Positions 18,899 to 34,712 of a DNA stretch of 64,000 nt are shown piece by piece. The translations under genes and the position numbers were made by a program. The stretch's first letter is position 1. The number at the start of each line of letters is the position of its first letter. The notes beneath the pieces are model-generated. The model was not told where the DNA came from and searched no databases. It was given only the letters and a program-made list of their open reading frames with translations. Origin of the DNA: an uncultured delta proteobacterium. GTDB lineage: Bacteria; Myxococcota_A; Polyangia; Polyangiales; Polyangiaceae. The stretch lies in the NCBI GenBank assembly GCA_963806225.1, contig CAWDXG010000004.1, positions 2,720,001-2,784,000 on the forward strand. Direction: 5' to 3'.

Positions 18899-19774
18899 AT
18901 GCGATGGATCGGTTTCGGAGCCCTGCTGCTGTCGGCCTGCTCGCTCGCGGCATGCGGCGGCAGCACCACGATCGGCAACGTGGACACGGGCGGCAGCGGG
19001 GGAACCGCCGGCAGCGGCGGCAGTGCCGGCACGGTCGGCGGCTGCAACTGCGCGACCGGCTACCACTGCCAGATCGTGAGCGGCAGCTACACCTGCGTGC
19101 CTGATCCGGGGACCGGCGGAAGCGGCGGCACCGCGGGCGCGGCGGGTGCGGGCGGCAGCGGCGGCACGACGGCAACGGAGTGCAGCGCCGACCTGAAGGC
19201 CGGCGCAACGCTGGGCGGGGCGCAGGTGGGGTTCGGCTCGAGCAGCCCGAGCGGCAACGCGAAGGTCGCGCAGGTGGCGGCCGACAGCCTCGAGCTTACG
19301 TCGTCGTCCACTTCGTTGAAGTTCAATTGGGTAGGGCCGGCTCTGACCGGACACTTCAGCCAGGGCGAACCCGTCGAGATCGGTCGGCAGGACGGCTGGG
19401 ACTACGTGGCGGGGCTCTCGAGCGTGGCCGCAGCACGGCGCGACTACGGCTTCGTCGCGCCGCCGGAGATCCCGCCCATCCCGATGCTGGCCGGCCCGCA
19501 CCTCGCGTACGGGACCGAGTGCACGTTCAAGGAAGCGCAGGGCGGCTGTGGCCAGGCCCCTGGCACGGTGAAGCTTCTCACAGTCGACGCGACAACCGGC
19601 GCGGGCATCGTGTCGGCCGGCCAGCGCGAGACCGTCAAGATCATCGACTGGCAGATCCACAACGACAGCAGCACCCAGTATCCCGGCTACGGCAGCAGCA
19701 GTTGCGTCGCCGAAGCCGGCTTCGCCAGCGTCATCGCCGCGCTCGGTCCCTCGCCGGTCAACGGCGGGCCGTAG
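18899..19774 (+). CDS. Hypothetical lipoprotein with Gly-rich linkers
   Basis: MRWIGFGALLLSACSLAA-C; GGSGGTAG linkers; small Cys module. Confidence 0.75.
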   Translation: MRWIGFGALLLSACSLAACGGSTTIGNVDTGGSGGTAGSGGSAGTVGGCNCATGYHCQIVSGSYTCVPDPGTGGSGGTAGAAGAGGSGGTTATECSADLKAGATLGGAQVGFGSSSPSGNAKVAQVAADSLELTSSSTSLKFNWVGPALTGHFSQGEPVEIGRQDGWDYVAGLSSVAAARRDYGFVAPPEIPPIPMLAGPHLAYGTECTFKEAQGGCGQAPGTVKLLTVDATTGAGIVSAGQRETVKIIDWQIHNDSSTQYPGYGSSSCVAEAGFASVIAALGPSPVNGGP

Positions 19775-19916
19775 CGAAGCAGGAAGCGGACGTGGTGGGC
19801 CCGCGCGCGGCGGAGGCGCGCGCTTGGGACCACGCGCCGCGCGCAGCGAAGCGAGCACGGCGCACCGCGCATCGACGGCACAAAGCAGAGGGCAGCTAAC
19901 GGCCAACAGCCAACAG

Positions 19917-20987
19917 CTACCTGCGACTCTTCTTCGCTTTCGCCTTCGCCTTCGCGCGCGCTCGCGGCTTCTTGTAACCGGCGAGCGCATTTTCCAGCTC
20001 CGTGCGGACGCGATCCACGAGCTCGGGCGGTTCGACGACGCGGGCGCGCTGTCCCCACTCGAGCACCCAGCTGGCCACCTGGTTCAGGTCGCCGATGGTC
20101 ATGGTGAGGCGTACTCCGCCGTTCGCGATGGAGGCGAGCTTCTGCGTGGCGTGGACCTTTCGCATCTTCACATACGGGGCGGCCGCTGCGTCGAAGTCGA
20201 TCACGACCTTGTGCCGTTCCGTCGAGCGCCAGATGCCGAGCTCGCCCTGGAAATAGTCGTCGATGTCGAAGTCGTCGGGCAGCTCGAAGCGCTCGCTGAC
20301 CGCGCACTCGGTATCGCGCATGCGGTCGAGCACGAACGTGCGCACCTCGCCGCGCGCCACATGGTGGCCGACGCAGTAGATGCTGTCGCGGTGCAGCACC
20401 ATCGCGTAGGGGTGGATCGTGATGCGCTCCTCCGAGCCGCGCGCCGCGCTCTGGTAGAGGAGGGACAGCGGGCGGAGGTCGGACACGGCCTGGAACAGGT
20501 CGTCGAGCTCGTCGGTCTTCTGGGCGTAGTTCTTGGGGGCGAAAGGCAGATACAGGAAGCGATCCTCGAGGCGCGCGTCGGCCAGGCCCGCATTCGGACC
20601 GCGTCCGGGGCGCTGCGCGAAGGCCAGCAGCTTGCCGACGGCCATGTCGATCTCGTCGAACAGGGCGGAGCCGCGCATCGGCTCGAAGATGCGGCGCGCC
20701 GCGAGCAGCGCGTAGGCCTGCGTGCGACGGAGCTCGACCTTGCGCGGGATCTCGCCGGCACGGATGCGCCAGAGCAGCGGCCCGCCGCCGCGCGTCTCGA
20801 TCGATTCGAGGTTGTACTCGCGCTCGACCTCCTTGAGGTAGCGACGCATGGTGCGCGTGGTCACGTCGAGCGCGCCTGCGAGCTCGTAGAGCGAGACGCC
20901 GCGCGGGTGTTTGGTCAGAAGCTCGCGCAGACGGTCGATGCGACGGTGCTGGGTGAACCGTCCCTGGGGGCGTCCGAGTCCCTTCAC
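19917..20987 (-). CDS. HTH-WYL domain transcriptional regulator (YafY/PafB-like)
   Basis: ELAGALDVTTRTMRRYL HTH; IHPYAMV...YCVGH...VRTFVLDRM WYL; WVLEWG...VVEPPEL WCX. Confidence 0.9.
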   Translation of the reverse strand: MKGLGRPQGRFTQHRRIDRLRELLTKHPRGVSLYELAGALDVTTRTMRRYLKEVEREYNLESIETRGGGPLLWRIRAGEIPRKVELRRTQAYALLAARRIFEPMRGSALFDEIDMAVGKLLAFAQRPGRGPNAGLADARLEDRFLYLPFAPKNYAQKTDELDDLFQAVSDLRPLSLLYQSAARGSEERITIHPYAMVLHRDSIYCVGHHVARGEVRTFVLDRMRDTECAVSERFELPDDFDIDDYFQGELGIWRSTERHKVVIDFDAAAAPYVKMRKVHATQKLASIANGGVRLTMTIGDLNQVASWVLEWGQRARVVEPPELVDRVRTELENALAGYKKPRARAKAKAKAKKSRR

Positions 20988-21273
20988 GCCCCAACGGGTA
21001 GCGTCTCTTCTACGACGTCGTCCAGCCCAGGCCTGTCAAGCGGCGCCGACAGGCAGGCCGAATGTGTGGAAAATGCTGGAGAAACGCCAGGGCGTGCGAA
21101 CCGCGCCATGGCGCTTGAGATGGCCGCGGGTTCTCGTGTAGCGTGGACTACTGCGGGATTCTGCCCGCACTGGCGCGGTGACGCTGCCGAGTAGCCTGGT
21201 GCCCGTGCATGCGGGTACCACCCTACAAGGGGCGCACCTTACCTCTCGAGCTTGTCATGACAGGAATCCGACC

Positions 21274-25406
<4,133 letters not shown>

Positions 25407-25410
<4 letters not shown>

Positions 25411-28400
25411 GGCCGCATGCCTGGGCGGCGGCGTTCGTCGCCGTAGCAGTCGGCGTGCTCGGTTCGACCGGATGCACGACCAACAGCTTCTGCTTCAACG
25501 ATTGTGCTGGCCAAGGCGACGGCGGTCCCGACACCGGGGCCACCGACGGCGGGCAGGACGTCATCATCCTGTCCGACGCCTCCGACGCACCCATCATCAA
25601 CCTCGAGACCGGAACCGGTGACGGCTGCGTCCAGTCGAACAACGGCGTCGAGACCTGCGACGGTCTGGACGACGACTGCGACGGCATCGTCGACAACGTC
25701 ACGGACAAGAACGAGCTGTCCAAGCCCACCTCGTGCGGCACCTGCGCCACCGACTGCACCCAGTTGCTCACGGGCGCGATCGGACCGACGTGCACGCCCC
25801 CGGCGACGCTCGACGGCAAGACGCCGGGCACCTGCGGCTACACGAAGTGCGACCCCGACTACAAGGACAAGGACGGCAACCCGGCGAACGGCTGCGAGTA
25901 CAAGTGCCCCTACGTCCCCGTCGGGCCGGAGGTCTGCGACAACCAGGACAACAACTGCGACGGCACGGTCGACGAGGGCTTCAACCTGTGCACCGACACC
26001 GACAACTGCGGGAAATGCGGCAAGAAGTGCGTGATCTCCCACGGCACGCCGAAGTGCACGAGCACCGCGACGGGCTCCGCCTGCAACTCGACGAACACGA
26101 CCTGCGGCGTCGCGAGTTGTGACACGGACTACTACGACATCGACGGCTCGGCGGACAACGGCTGCGAGTACCACTGCGTGAAGACCGGACCGGAGGTCTG
26201 CGACGGCGTCGACAACGACTGCGACGGCAAGATCGACAACGTCGACCCGAGCCTCCAGACGGACGACCCGGACGTCGGGAAGGACTGCTACGGCAGCCCG
26301 CAGGGGCTGTGCGCCGACCCGGCCTACAAGGGCGTGAACAAGTGCATCGGCGGGCAGATCCAGTGCTGCGACCTCGACTCGAACAACGTCAACAGCACGA
26401 ACCCCAACCTGCCCGTCACCGGCGTGCGCAACGGCGTGTGCAAGGGCGCCAAGGGACCGTTCGTCCTCAAGCCGTTCGACAAGCTGGAAACCTGCAACGG
26501 CCTCGATGACGACTGCGACGGCGTCACGGACGACAACCTCACCGACACCGGCGGCGTGTGCGGCGTCTCGCAGGGCAACTGCCAGCCAGGGCACCGTCCA
26601 GTGTGTGAACGGGGCCCCGAAGTGCTCCGGAAACACCACACCGCAGACCGAGATCTGCAACGGTCAGGACGACGATTGCGACGGCGTCATCGACGGCACC
26701 ATCCCCTCCTCGGGAGCGACAACCTGCACGAAGGACAGCGATTGCCCGAGCACGCAGATCTGCGTGGCGCGCACCGGCCCCTCGGACATGGTCTGTGTCA
26801 TTCCGCCGAGCGATGCCGTCGGTGATTGCGACGTGCCGCCACCGGCCCCCGCCGGCGGGACCCAGCCCTGCAAGAAGGGCGCGCTGCGCTGCGTCGGCGG
26901 CGTGAAGACCTGCCTGGGCTCGCAAGGTCCCACGTCGACCACGGATACCTGCGGCGTCGATGCGAACTGCGACGGTCAGCTCACCAACCAGCCCGACCTG
27001 AACGGCAACGTCCACAACTGCGGCAGCTGCGGGCACGACTGCTATGCCGTCGCTCCGAACGGGCACGCGTCAATGGGCCTGCAATTCCGGCGTCTGCACG
27101 CTGGGCGCCTGTGACACCGGCTACATCGACTGCGACAGCAACCAGAACACCTGCGAACGGTCCTGCACGTTCACGTCGGCGACCGAGCAGTGCAATGGCA
27201 AGGACGATAACTGCAACTGCCAGGTCGACGAGAACGTCGTCGCGCCGAATCCGACCCAGGTCTGCGACGTGACGCCAGGCGCGACGGACACGGGCTGCAA
27301 GGCCGGAGCCGGCGGCGTGTCGGTCACCTGCTCGAACGGCGGTTGGAAGTGCACCTTCCCGACCGGCTACTGCAACAACAGCGCGGGACCGAACTACTGC
27401 TCGGCCACCGCGGACATCTGCGACGGCAAGGACAACAACTGCAACGGCGTCGCGGACGAGGACTTCAAGCCCCCGGTCCTCACGACCGGCTACCTCGACG
27501 AGCCGTGCGCCAGCGACGACGGCTAGCGCCCGGCACGGGGCCTGCCAGGGCACCGGGAAATACGTGTGTGATGGCCCGAGTGCGACCAAGTGCAACGCAC
27601 AGAAGGACAACGTCGGGGCCCGGCATCGGGCCGGAAATCTGCGACGGCCTGGACAACGACTGCGACGGCAAGATCGACGAGTCGTTCAACGACCAAGGGC
27701 ACGAGCGCGACGCTACGTCAAGCCCGCCGTCACGAAGATCGGTAGCGTGTGGGTCTACCAGTACGAGGCGAGCCGCCCCGGCGCGACGTCGAACGACCCC
27801 GGCTCGGGCAACGGCTACCAGACTGCAGCGCCGTCCGGCATCACACTGGACAAGACGCAGTCCTGCTCGCTCCCGAACGTCGTGCCCTGGTTCAACGTCT
27901 CGGCGACCGAGGCGGCACAGACGTGCATCGCCCGTGGCGGTCGCCTGTGCCGGACCAGTGACTGGCAGACGGCGTGTCACGCGACGAACAGCTGCACCCG
28001 GGGCTACGCACCGCACAACGCGGCCTGCAAGAGCGACGGCACCTACACCGGCACGGCGTCGCGGGTCTGCAACATCGGGCCCTTCGACTTCGACGGCAAT
28101 GCGTCCAACGGTATCCAGGACGGCCTGCTGCCGACGGCTTCCAGCCTGTTGACCAACTGCTGGGCGGACTGGAGCGGGACGAGCGGCAACACCACCTCCA
28201 ACAACAACATCCGCGACATGCTCGGCAACCTGCGCGAGATCACCTACAACACCAGCGTGAGCCCGGGCGGCTGCAGCCTGACCGATCCGGCGGGCACGTG
28301 CCTGTTCTCGCTGATGGGCGGTGCGTTCAACACGCAGTCGGAGGACGGCGCGGCCTGCGACTTCACCTTCTATACGGTGGACAAAAGCTTCAAGCTCTTC

Positions 28401-28442
28401 GACGTGGGCTTCCGCTGCTGCTTCGATTCGAACCCGGATTGA
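25407..28442 (+). CDS. Lipoprotein with MopE-type Cys repeats and a C-terminal FGE-sulfatase/C-type-lectin-fold domain (several apparent frameshifts at ~26590-27710)
   Basis: STG-C lipobox; ETCDGLDDDCDG repeats; YQYEASRP, PWFNVS, GGRLC, DMLGNLRE, MGGAF, VGFRCC; ATGA overlap with the upstream gene. Confidence 0.82.
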
Positions 28443-28507
28443 CATTCCGGTCGGCGCGCGGCGTCTGGACTTGACTCCGGGCGCCGGCGCGACGAAGCCG
28501 TGGGACC

Positions 28508-29845
28508 ATGGCCCAGCGGAAGAAGAGCAGGACGCGCCTGAACCCGGTCGAGCTCATCATCAGGAAGCGCGACGGCGGACAGCTCGACGGCGGCGAGATC
28601 CGCGCCCTGGTGGACGGCTTCGTCGCCGGCGAGGTCGCGGACTACCAGATGAGCGCCTGGCTGATGGCGGCCTTTCTCCGCGGGCTCGACGACGCGGAAA
28701 CGGTCGCACTGACGGATGCGATGCTGCACTCGGGCGACGTGCTCACGCTCGCGAGCGTCAAGGCGCCGCGTGTGGACAAGCACTCGACGGGCGGCGTGGG
28801 GGACAAGGTCAGCATCTGCCTGGCGCCGTTGGTGGCGGCCTGCGGCGTAGCGGTGCCGATGATCTCGGGGCGCGGGCTCGGCCACACGGGCGGGACGCTC
28901 GACAAGCTCGAGGCAATCCCGGGCTACAGGGTGGATCTCGACGCGAAGCGTTTCGAACAGGTCGTGCGGCAGGTGGGCACCTGCATGATCGGGCAGACCG
29001 ACCGGCTCGCGCCGGCTGATCGGCGCATCTACGCGCTGCGCGATGTAACCGGCACGGTGGAGTGCATTCCGCTGATCGTCGCCAGCATCCTGTCGAAGAA
29101 GCTGGCGGAAGGCATCGAGGGCCTGGTCCTCGACGTGAAGGTCGGCCGGGGCGCGTTCATGAAGGATCTCGACTCGGCCCGGGAGCTCGCGCGGAAGCTG
29201 GTGCGCGTGGGCCGCCGCGCCGACAAGAAGGTGGTGGCGCTGCTGACCGACATGTCTGCGCCGCTCGGTCTGACGATCGGCAACGCGCTCGAGACTCGCG
29301 AGGCGATCGACGTTCTCCGCGGCGAAGGGCCCGCCGACACCCGCGAGCTGACGCTCAGGCTCGGCGCCGAGATGCTCGTGCTGGGGGGCGTGGCGAAGAA
29401 GACAACGGACGCACGGAAAGAGCTCGAGCGCGCCATTTCCAGCGGCGCCGGGCTCGAACGGCTGGTCCGCATGGTCGAGGCGCAGGGCGGCGACCCGCGC
29501 GCGGTGGAGGACACGAAGCGCCTGCCACGCGCGCCGCATCGCGTCCCGGTGGAGGCTCCGCGAGCCGGCTACGTGACGGCAACCGACGCGCTCGAGCTAG
29601 GGCTCTGCTCGGTAGCGCTGGGCGCCGGACGCACACGGGCGGATCAAGCCGTCGATCCGGCGGTCGGCATCGAGCTTTCGGCCAAGCGCGGCAATCGCGT
29701 CGCCAAGGGTGAGCCGCTCTGCTGGCTGCACGTGCGCTCGAAGCGCGGGCTCGCGCCCGTCGCGGACCGCGCGCGCGCGGCGTTCAGCATCGGCCGCACG
29801 CGCGCCGCCGACATGCCGCTCGTCCTCGAGCGCATCGCGCGCTGA
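28508..29845 (+). CDS. deoA: Thymidine/pyrimidine-nucleoside phosphorylase
   Basis: DKHSTGGVGDK, MISGRGLGHTGGTLDKLEAIPG, SILSKKLAEG. Confidence 0.93.
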   Translation: MAQRKKSRTRLNPVELIIRKRDGGQLDGGEIRALVDGFVAGEVADYQMSAWLMAAFLRGLDDAETVALTDAMLHSGDVLTLASVKAPRVDKHSTGGVGDKVSICLAPLVAACGVAVPMISGRGLGHTGGTLDKLEAIPGYRVDLDAKRFEQVVRQVGTCMIGQTDRLAPADRRIYALRDVTGTVECIPLIVASILSKKLAEGIEGLVLDVKVGRGAFMKDLDSARELARKLVRVGRRADKKVVALLTDMSAPLGLTIGNALETREAIDVLRGEGPADTRELTLRLGAEMLVLGGVAKKTTDARKELERAISSGAGLERLVRMVEAQGGDPRAVEDTKRLPRAPHRVPVEAPRAGYVTATDALELGLCSVALGAGRTRADQAVDPAVGIELSAKRGNRVAKGEPLCWLHVRSKRGLAPVADRARAAFSIGRTRAADMPLVLERIAR

Positions 29846-29857
29846 GCGGGCCCGCGC

Positions 29858-31906
29858 TCAGTGCAGGCGCTGGCCGGGCTTCGCGCCGCTGTCGGGCGAG
29901 AGCAGGAACACTTCCGCGCCACCGGGACCGGCCGCGACGACCATGCCTTCGCTCACGCCGAACTTCATCTTGCGGGGCGCCAGGTTCGCGACCACGACCA
30001 CCAGGCGACCCACGAGGTCCTCGGGCTTGTACGCGGCCTTGATGCCGGCAAACACGCTGCGCGTGACGCCGCCGCCGAGACTCACCGTGAGCTTGAGCAG
30101 CTTGCGCGCTTCGGGCACGGCTTCGGCGGCGATCACCCGGGCGACGCGCAGATCCACCTTGGCAAAGTCGTCGATGGTGCACTCCGGCGAAAGCGGCTCC
30201 GCCTCGAGCGGCCCCGCGTCGTCCTCCGGCGCCGCGGCGCCCTTCGCTGCGTCCTCGGCGGCGCTCGCACCGTCGGCGATCATCGCCTGCACCTTCTTGG
30301 GATCCACGCGCTGCATCAGGTGCTTGAACTCGCCCGACCGGCGTTCCGACGAGCGGCGTCTGTGCGTCGCTCCAGGCGGCAATGGGGGCACCGAGGAGCG
30401 TGCCGCTGTCCTCGGCCAGCCTGGGCAGGACCGGCGCCAGGTAGACCACGAGCTGCCGATACAGGTTGAGCACCACGCTGCATACGTCCGTGCAGCTCCT
30501 GGCGCTTTGCCGGGTCCTTCTTGAGCTTCCAGGGCTCGGTGCGATCCACGTACTCGTTCGCGCGGTCGGCCAGCGCCATGATGCTGCGCATCGCCTGGGC
30601 GAAGTCGCAGGCCTCGTAGGCCGCGGCGATCTCCTCGCCCTGCTTCGCCGCCGCGGCGAACAGGCCGCCGTCCTCGGGATAGCTGGCGGACAGCCCGCTG
30701 TCCTTCACGAAGCGCGCGGTGCGGCTCGCCAGGTTCACGACCTTGCCGACGAGGTCGGAGTTCACCTTGGCGACGAATTCCTCGAGGTTCAGGTCGAGGT
30801 CGTCCGACCGGGGCTCGAGCTTGGTCGCGTAGAAGTAGCGCAGGTACGCCGGGTCGAGATGCTCGAGGTAGGTCGACGCGAGCACGAACGTGCCCTTGCG
30901 CTTGCTCATCTTCTCGCCGTTCACGGTCAGAAAGCCGTGCACCTGCACGCGGTCGTCGGCAGGCGAACCCCGCCGTCTTCAGCATGGCGGGCCAGAACAG
31001 CGTGTGGAAGTAGACGATGTCCTTGCCGATGAAGTGGTGGATCTCCGTGTCCTCCGAGCGCCACCAGTCGTCGAAGCTTCTCGCCGTTCTGCTCGCACCA
31101 CTGCCTGCGTCGCGGCCATGTAGCCGATCGGCGCGTCGAACCAGACGTACCAGTAGTTGCCCGGCAGCGTCGGGGATCTCGAAGCCGAAGTAGGGCGCGG
31201 GCCGCGAGACGTCCCAGTCGCGCAGCGGCTCGGCGAGGAAGTGCCCCTTGAGGTAGTTGGCGATCTCCGGCTGCAGGTGCTCGCCGCCCTGCGTCCACTC
31301 GCTCGAGGAACGTCGTGGCAGCGCTCGATGTTGACGAACAGGTGCGGCGCGCTCTGCACCTCGGGCTTCGCGCCGCTGAGCGTGCTGACCGGATCGATGA
31401 GCTCGGCGGGACTGTACGTGGCGCCGCACTTGTCGCAGCTGTCGCCGTACTGGTCGGGTGACTTGCACACCGGGCACGTGCCCTTCACGAAGCGGTCGGC
31501 GAGGAACGTGCCCGCCTGCGGGTCGAACAGCTGCGTGACCTCGCGCTCCGCGACGAGACCCTGCTTCCGGAACGCCGACCAGATCTCGCGCGCAGAGCTC
31601 GCGGTTTTCGGCCGAGTGGGTGCTGCCGTAGTGGTCGAACTGGATCTGGAAGGCGGCGAAATCGCGCTGGTGCGCGGCGCTCATGTCGGCGATCAGCTCT
31701 TCTTCGCTGCGGCCTTCCTGCCGCGCCCGGATCATGATCGCCGTGCCGTGGGTGTCGTCGGCGCACATGTAGATGACGCGCTGTCCACGCAGGCGCTGGA
31801 AGCGCACCCAGATGTCGGTCTGCAGGTACTCGACCAGGTGACCGATGTGGATGTGCCCGTTGGCGTAGGGCAGGGCGCTGGTGACCAGGAGTCGGCGATC
31901 CGTCAT
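29858..31906 (-). CDS. metG: Methionine--tRNA ligase with C-terminal tRNA-binding domain (multiple apparent frameshifts)
   Basis: [17 protein letters not shown]...CDKC Zn knuckle, [30 protein letters not shown]. Confidence 0.95.
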   Translation of the reverse strand: MTDRRLLVTSALPYANGHIHIGHLVEYLQTDIWVRFQRLRGQRVIYMCADDTHGTAIMIRARQEGRSEEELIADMSAAHQRDFAAFQIQFDHYGSTHSAENRELCARDLVGVPEAGSRRGARGHAAVRPAGGHVPRRPLREGHVPGVQVTRPVRRQLRQVRRHVQSRRAHRSGQHAQRREARGAERAAPVRQHRALPRRSSSEWTQGGEHLQPEIANYLKGHFLAEPLRDWDVSRPAPYFGFEIPDAAGQLLVRLVRRADRLHGRDAGSGASRTARSFDDWWRSEDTEIHHFIGKDIVYFHTLFWPAMLKTAGFACRRPRAGARLSDRERREDEQAQGHVRARVDLPRASRPGVPALLLRDQARAPVGRPRPEPRGIRRQGELRPRRQGREPGEPHRALREGQRAVRQLSRGRRPVRRGGEAGRGDRRGLRGLRLRPGDAQHHGAGRPRERVRGSHRALEAQEGPGKAPGAARTYAAWCSTCIGSSWSTWRRSCPGWPRTAARSSVPPLPPGATHRRRSSERRSGEFKHLMQRVDPKKVQAMIADGASAAEDAAKGAAAPEDDAGPLEAEPLSPECTIDDFAKVDLRVARVIAAEAVPEARKLLKLTVSLGGGVTRSVFAGIKAAYKPEDLVGRLVVVVANLAPRKMKFGVSEGMVVAAGPGGAEVFLLSPDSGAKPGQRLH

Positions 31907-31991
31907 GAGGCGCGCATCCTGCCACTGTCGCCCGCGGGATCAAAACCCCGCGGGCGATCGTGGACGGCGCCTGCCCACCTGCCTGCGGCCG

Positions 31992-34658
31992 CTACTGCGG
32001 GACAGGCTCGCAGCAGCCCGTCACGCAGTAGTAGCCGGACTGACACGGAGCCTGGCCGGGCTGGCCACACAGCTGCAGACCGGACGGGCAGGTCTGCTGG
32101 GTACAGTCGGGCGGCAGCGTGGTCTTGCCGATGCAGAGCTCGCAGTGCTCGCAGGCGTTCAGGCAGGACGGGACCTGCTCGCAGGGCTTGCACTTCGTCG
32201 GGTCGCCCACGTCGGCGAGCGTGCACGAGCCGTTGCCGCTGGAGTCGAGCGAGCCGAGGAAGACCGGCGTGGCTGCACCCGGGATGACGCAGCAGCCGAA
32301 GCAGTCGCAGCCGTTCGGTACGAGCGGGCCGCAGTAGCTCCCGCACTGCGCCGACTGCGCGGAGTACAGCTGGGAGCAATCCTGGCTGGTGCCCGGGATG
32401 CCCTTGTTCGGGTTGTAGGAGCACTTGCTGCCGTACGGGTTGTAGTCGGGCGCGACCTCGTTCGGATCGCAGGTGTGGCTCCAGTAGCAGTCGTCGTTCC
32501 CGGCGCCCGTGTCCTGGTCGAAGTAGCAGTCCTCCTTGCAGGGCGCCTTGTTCTGGCCCGGGATGTCGCCGTAGAAGCCGGTCTCGTTGTTGTCGCAGAC
32601 GCCGATGCAGTCGGGGTCCGCCGAGTCGATCTTGCAGTCACCATCGTTGTCGACGCAGTCGCCGCACTGGTAGACCTTGCCCTGGCAGGTGCTGACGGTG
32701 CAGAAGTTGCCGCAGCCGCCCTGGGTTGCGTTGCAGGTCTGCCCGCAGCCGCACAGGCTGTCATCGGGAATGTGCGTGCAGCCGCCGGCGGACTCGCTGC
32801 ACACGTCCGTGGTGCACGCGATGCCGTCATCCGCGCACTGGGGAGGTGTGCCTGACACGCAGCCCTGGGCATCCGCGCCCGTCGCGCCCGGATTGCACTT
32901 CTCGGTTCCGTCGCAGACGATCCCGTCGGAACAGATGGTGTTGTCCGGCGTATGGGCACAGCCGAGGGTCGAGATGCAGCTATCGTCCGTGCAGGGTACG
33001 CCGTCGTCGCAATTCAGCGGAGTGCCGCTCTTGCAGCCGGAGGTCGGATCGCAGACCTCGTCGCCGTTGCACAGGTCGGCGTCGGCGCAATACGCGTCGA
33101 TCGGCGTGTGTGAGCAGACGGGGCTGCCTGTCGGGTTGCACTGGTCGTAGGTGCACGGGATCCCGTCGTCGCAGTCTTTCGGCGTGCCCGCCTTGCAGAC
33201 ACCCGGATTCGTCGAGAGATCGCAGTATTCCGTGCCATTGCACGGATTTTGGTCGTCGCAGTCGGAATTCTGCGAGCACTGGGTGCCGGCCTGGCAGCCC
33301 AGGTTCGTACAGAACTCGCCAGCGGTAGTGCACTTGGAGCTGTCGAGCGTGGTCTGGCAGCTCTTCGTGGCCTCGTCGCACGCCTCGATGGTGCAGGCGT
33401 ACTGGTCATGCTGACACGAGACAGCCGGGCCGGGCTTGCAGCCTATGGCCGGATCGCAGGTCTCGGCTCCGTTGCAGTAGACGCCGTCGTCGCACTTGTT
33501 GTCGTCCGGCGTGTGGTCGCAACTGTCCGTCTGCTCGTTGCACGTGTCGGTCGTGCAGGCGAGACCGTCCTCGCAGTCGACGGCCGTGCCGACGACGCAG
33601 CCCGTTCCAGCGGCGCCGTTGACCGGATCGCAGGTCTCCACGCCGTCGCAGTACAGACCGTCGTCGCACTTCGTGTCGTCGGGTGTGTGGACGCACTTGT
33701 CGTTCGTGTCGTCGCAACTATCCACGGTGCAGGACAGACCGTCGTCGCAGTTGACGGCCGTGCCTGCGACGCAACCCGTCGTGGGATCCGCACCGCTCGC
33801 GCTCGGGTTGCACTGCTCGGTGCCGTCGCAGAACAAGCCATCCTGGCACACCGAGTCCTGGATCACCGTCTGGCAGCTCTTGGTGGACTCGTCGCAGAAC
33901 TCCTTGGTGCAGCTGAAGCCGTCATCCGCGCAGACGACCGGCGTGCCCGGCTGGCACACGCCATTGGCGTCGCAGGTCTCGACGCCGTCGCAGTACACGC
34001 CGTCATCGCAGTCGCTGCTGGTCTGGCATTGCGGAGCGGCGTCGCCCGCGTCACCCGCGTCCGTCGCCGCGTCGCTGCCCGCGTCGGCGCCGCTGCTGCC
34101 CGCGGTGCCCGCGGTGCCGCCACTGCCAGCGCTGCCGGCCGTACCGCCGCTGCCAGCGCTCCCGCCAGTGCCGGTGCCGCCCGTACCGCCGCTGCCAGCG
34201 CTGCCGCCGGCGCCGGTGCCGCCCGTACCGGCCGTGCCCCCGGTGCCGCCGGTGCTGGTACCGCCCGAACCGCCGGTGCTGGAGCCACCACCGCCGGCCG
34301 TGCCACCGACGCCACCGACGCCACCCGTGCTCGTGCCACCGACACCGCCAGCGCCCGCGCTGGCGTCCACGCCACCGCTGCCCCCGAGAGCGCCCGTGCC
34401 GCCGCTACCTCCCACAGCACCCGTGCCGCCGCTGCCGCCCACGGCACCCGTACCGCCGGTGCCGGAGCTGCCTCCCATTGCACCGCCGCCGCCAGAACCG
34501 CCCGTCCCGCTCCCGCCGAACGAGGTGCCGGCACTGCCATCACCCGCGCCGCCGGACCCACCGCTGGAGCTCGACTGCGGGCTGCTGCCACATCCTGTGC
34601 CGGCGAGTGCCGCCGCACAGATCCCTATTGCCAGTAGTCTCGCTCGCATGTGGCGCAT
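31992..34658 (-). CDS. Large Cys-rich lipoprotein: Gly-rich linker, tandem CDDGxxCxGxExC / CDDGxxCTxDxC repeats, C-terminal ~230-aa Cys-rich domain
   Basis: LAGTG-C lipobox; GAGGGGG RBS 6 nt before ATG 34658; repeats visible in the ORF track. Confidence 0.85.
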   Translation of the reverse strand: MRHMRARLLAIGICAAALAGTGCGSSPQSSSSGGSGGAGDGSAGTSFGGSGTGGSGGGGAMGGSSGTGGTGAVGGSGGTGAVGGSGGTGALGGSGGVDASAGAGGVGGTSTGGVGGVGGTAGGGGSSTGGSGGTSTGGTGGTAGTGGTGAGGSAGSGGTGGTGTGGSAGSGGTAGSAGSGGTAGTAGSSGADAGSDAATDAGDAGDAAPQCQTSSDCDDGVYCDGVETCDANGVCQPGTPVVCADDGFSCTKEFCDESTKSCQTVIQDSVCQDGLFCDGTEQCNPSASGADPTTGCVAGTAVNCDDGLSCTVDSCDDTNDKCVHTPDDTKCDDGLYCDGVETCDPVNGAAGTGCVVGTAVDCEDGLACTTDTCNEQTDSCDHTPDDNKCDDGVYCNGAETCDPAIGCKPGPAVSCQHDQYACTIEACDEATKSCQTTLDSSKCTTAGEFCTNLGCQAGTQCSQNSDCDDQNPCNGTEYCDLSTNPGVCKAGTPKDCDDGIPCTYDQCNPTGSPVCSHTPIDAYCADADLCNGDEVCDPTSGCKSGTPLNCDDGVPCTDDSCISTLGCAHTPDNTICSDGIVCDGTEKCNPGATGADAQGCVSGTPPQCADDGIACTTDVCSESAGGCTHIPDDSLCGCGQTCNATQGGCGNFCTVSTCQGKVYQCGDCVDNDGDCKIDSADPDCIGVCDNNETGFYGDIPGQNKAPCKEDCYFDQDTGAGNDDCYWSHTCDPNEVAPDYNPYGSKCSYNPNKGIPGTSQDCSQLYSAQSAQCGSYCGPLVPNGCDCFGCCVIPGAATPVFLGSLDSSGNGSCTLADVGDPTKCKPCEQVPSCLNACEHCELCIGKTTLPPDCTQQTCPSGLQLCGQPGQAPCQSGYYCVTGCCEPVPQ

Positions 34659-34712
34659 CACCATCCCCCTCTGTTCGCACGATGGGCCGAAGAGCAGATT
34701 CAACCTACAAGA

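Noticed and set aside
21100..21215. Sigma54-like TGG...TGC sequences upstream of the vWA gene (also one upstream of 4852)
   Set aside because: The GG-to-GC spacing is off by one, which sigma54 does not tolerate.
27710..28442. FGE/C-lectin C-terminus as a diversity-generating retroelement target of the nearby RT
   Set aside because: I found no template-repeat copy of the 3' region in the window, and the RT is intron-type (YADD with ribozyme domains), not a DGR RT. A remote TR cannot be excluded without a genome search.
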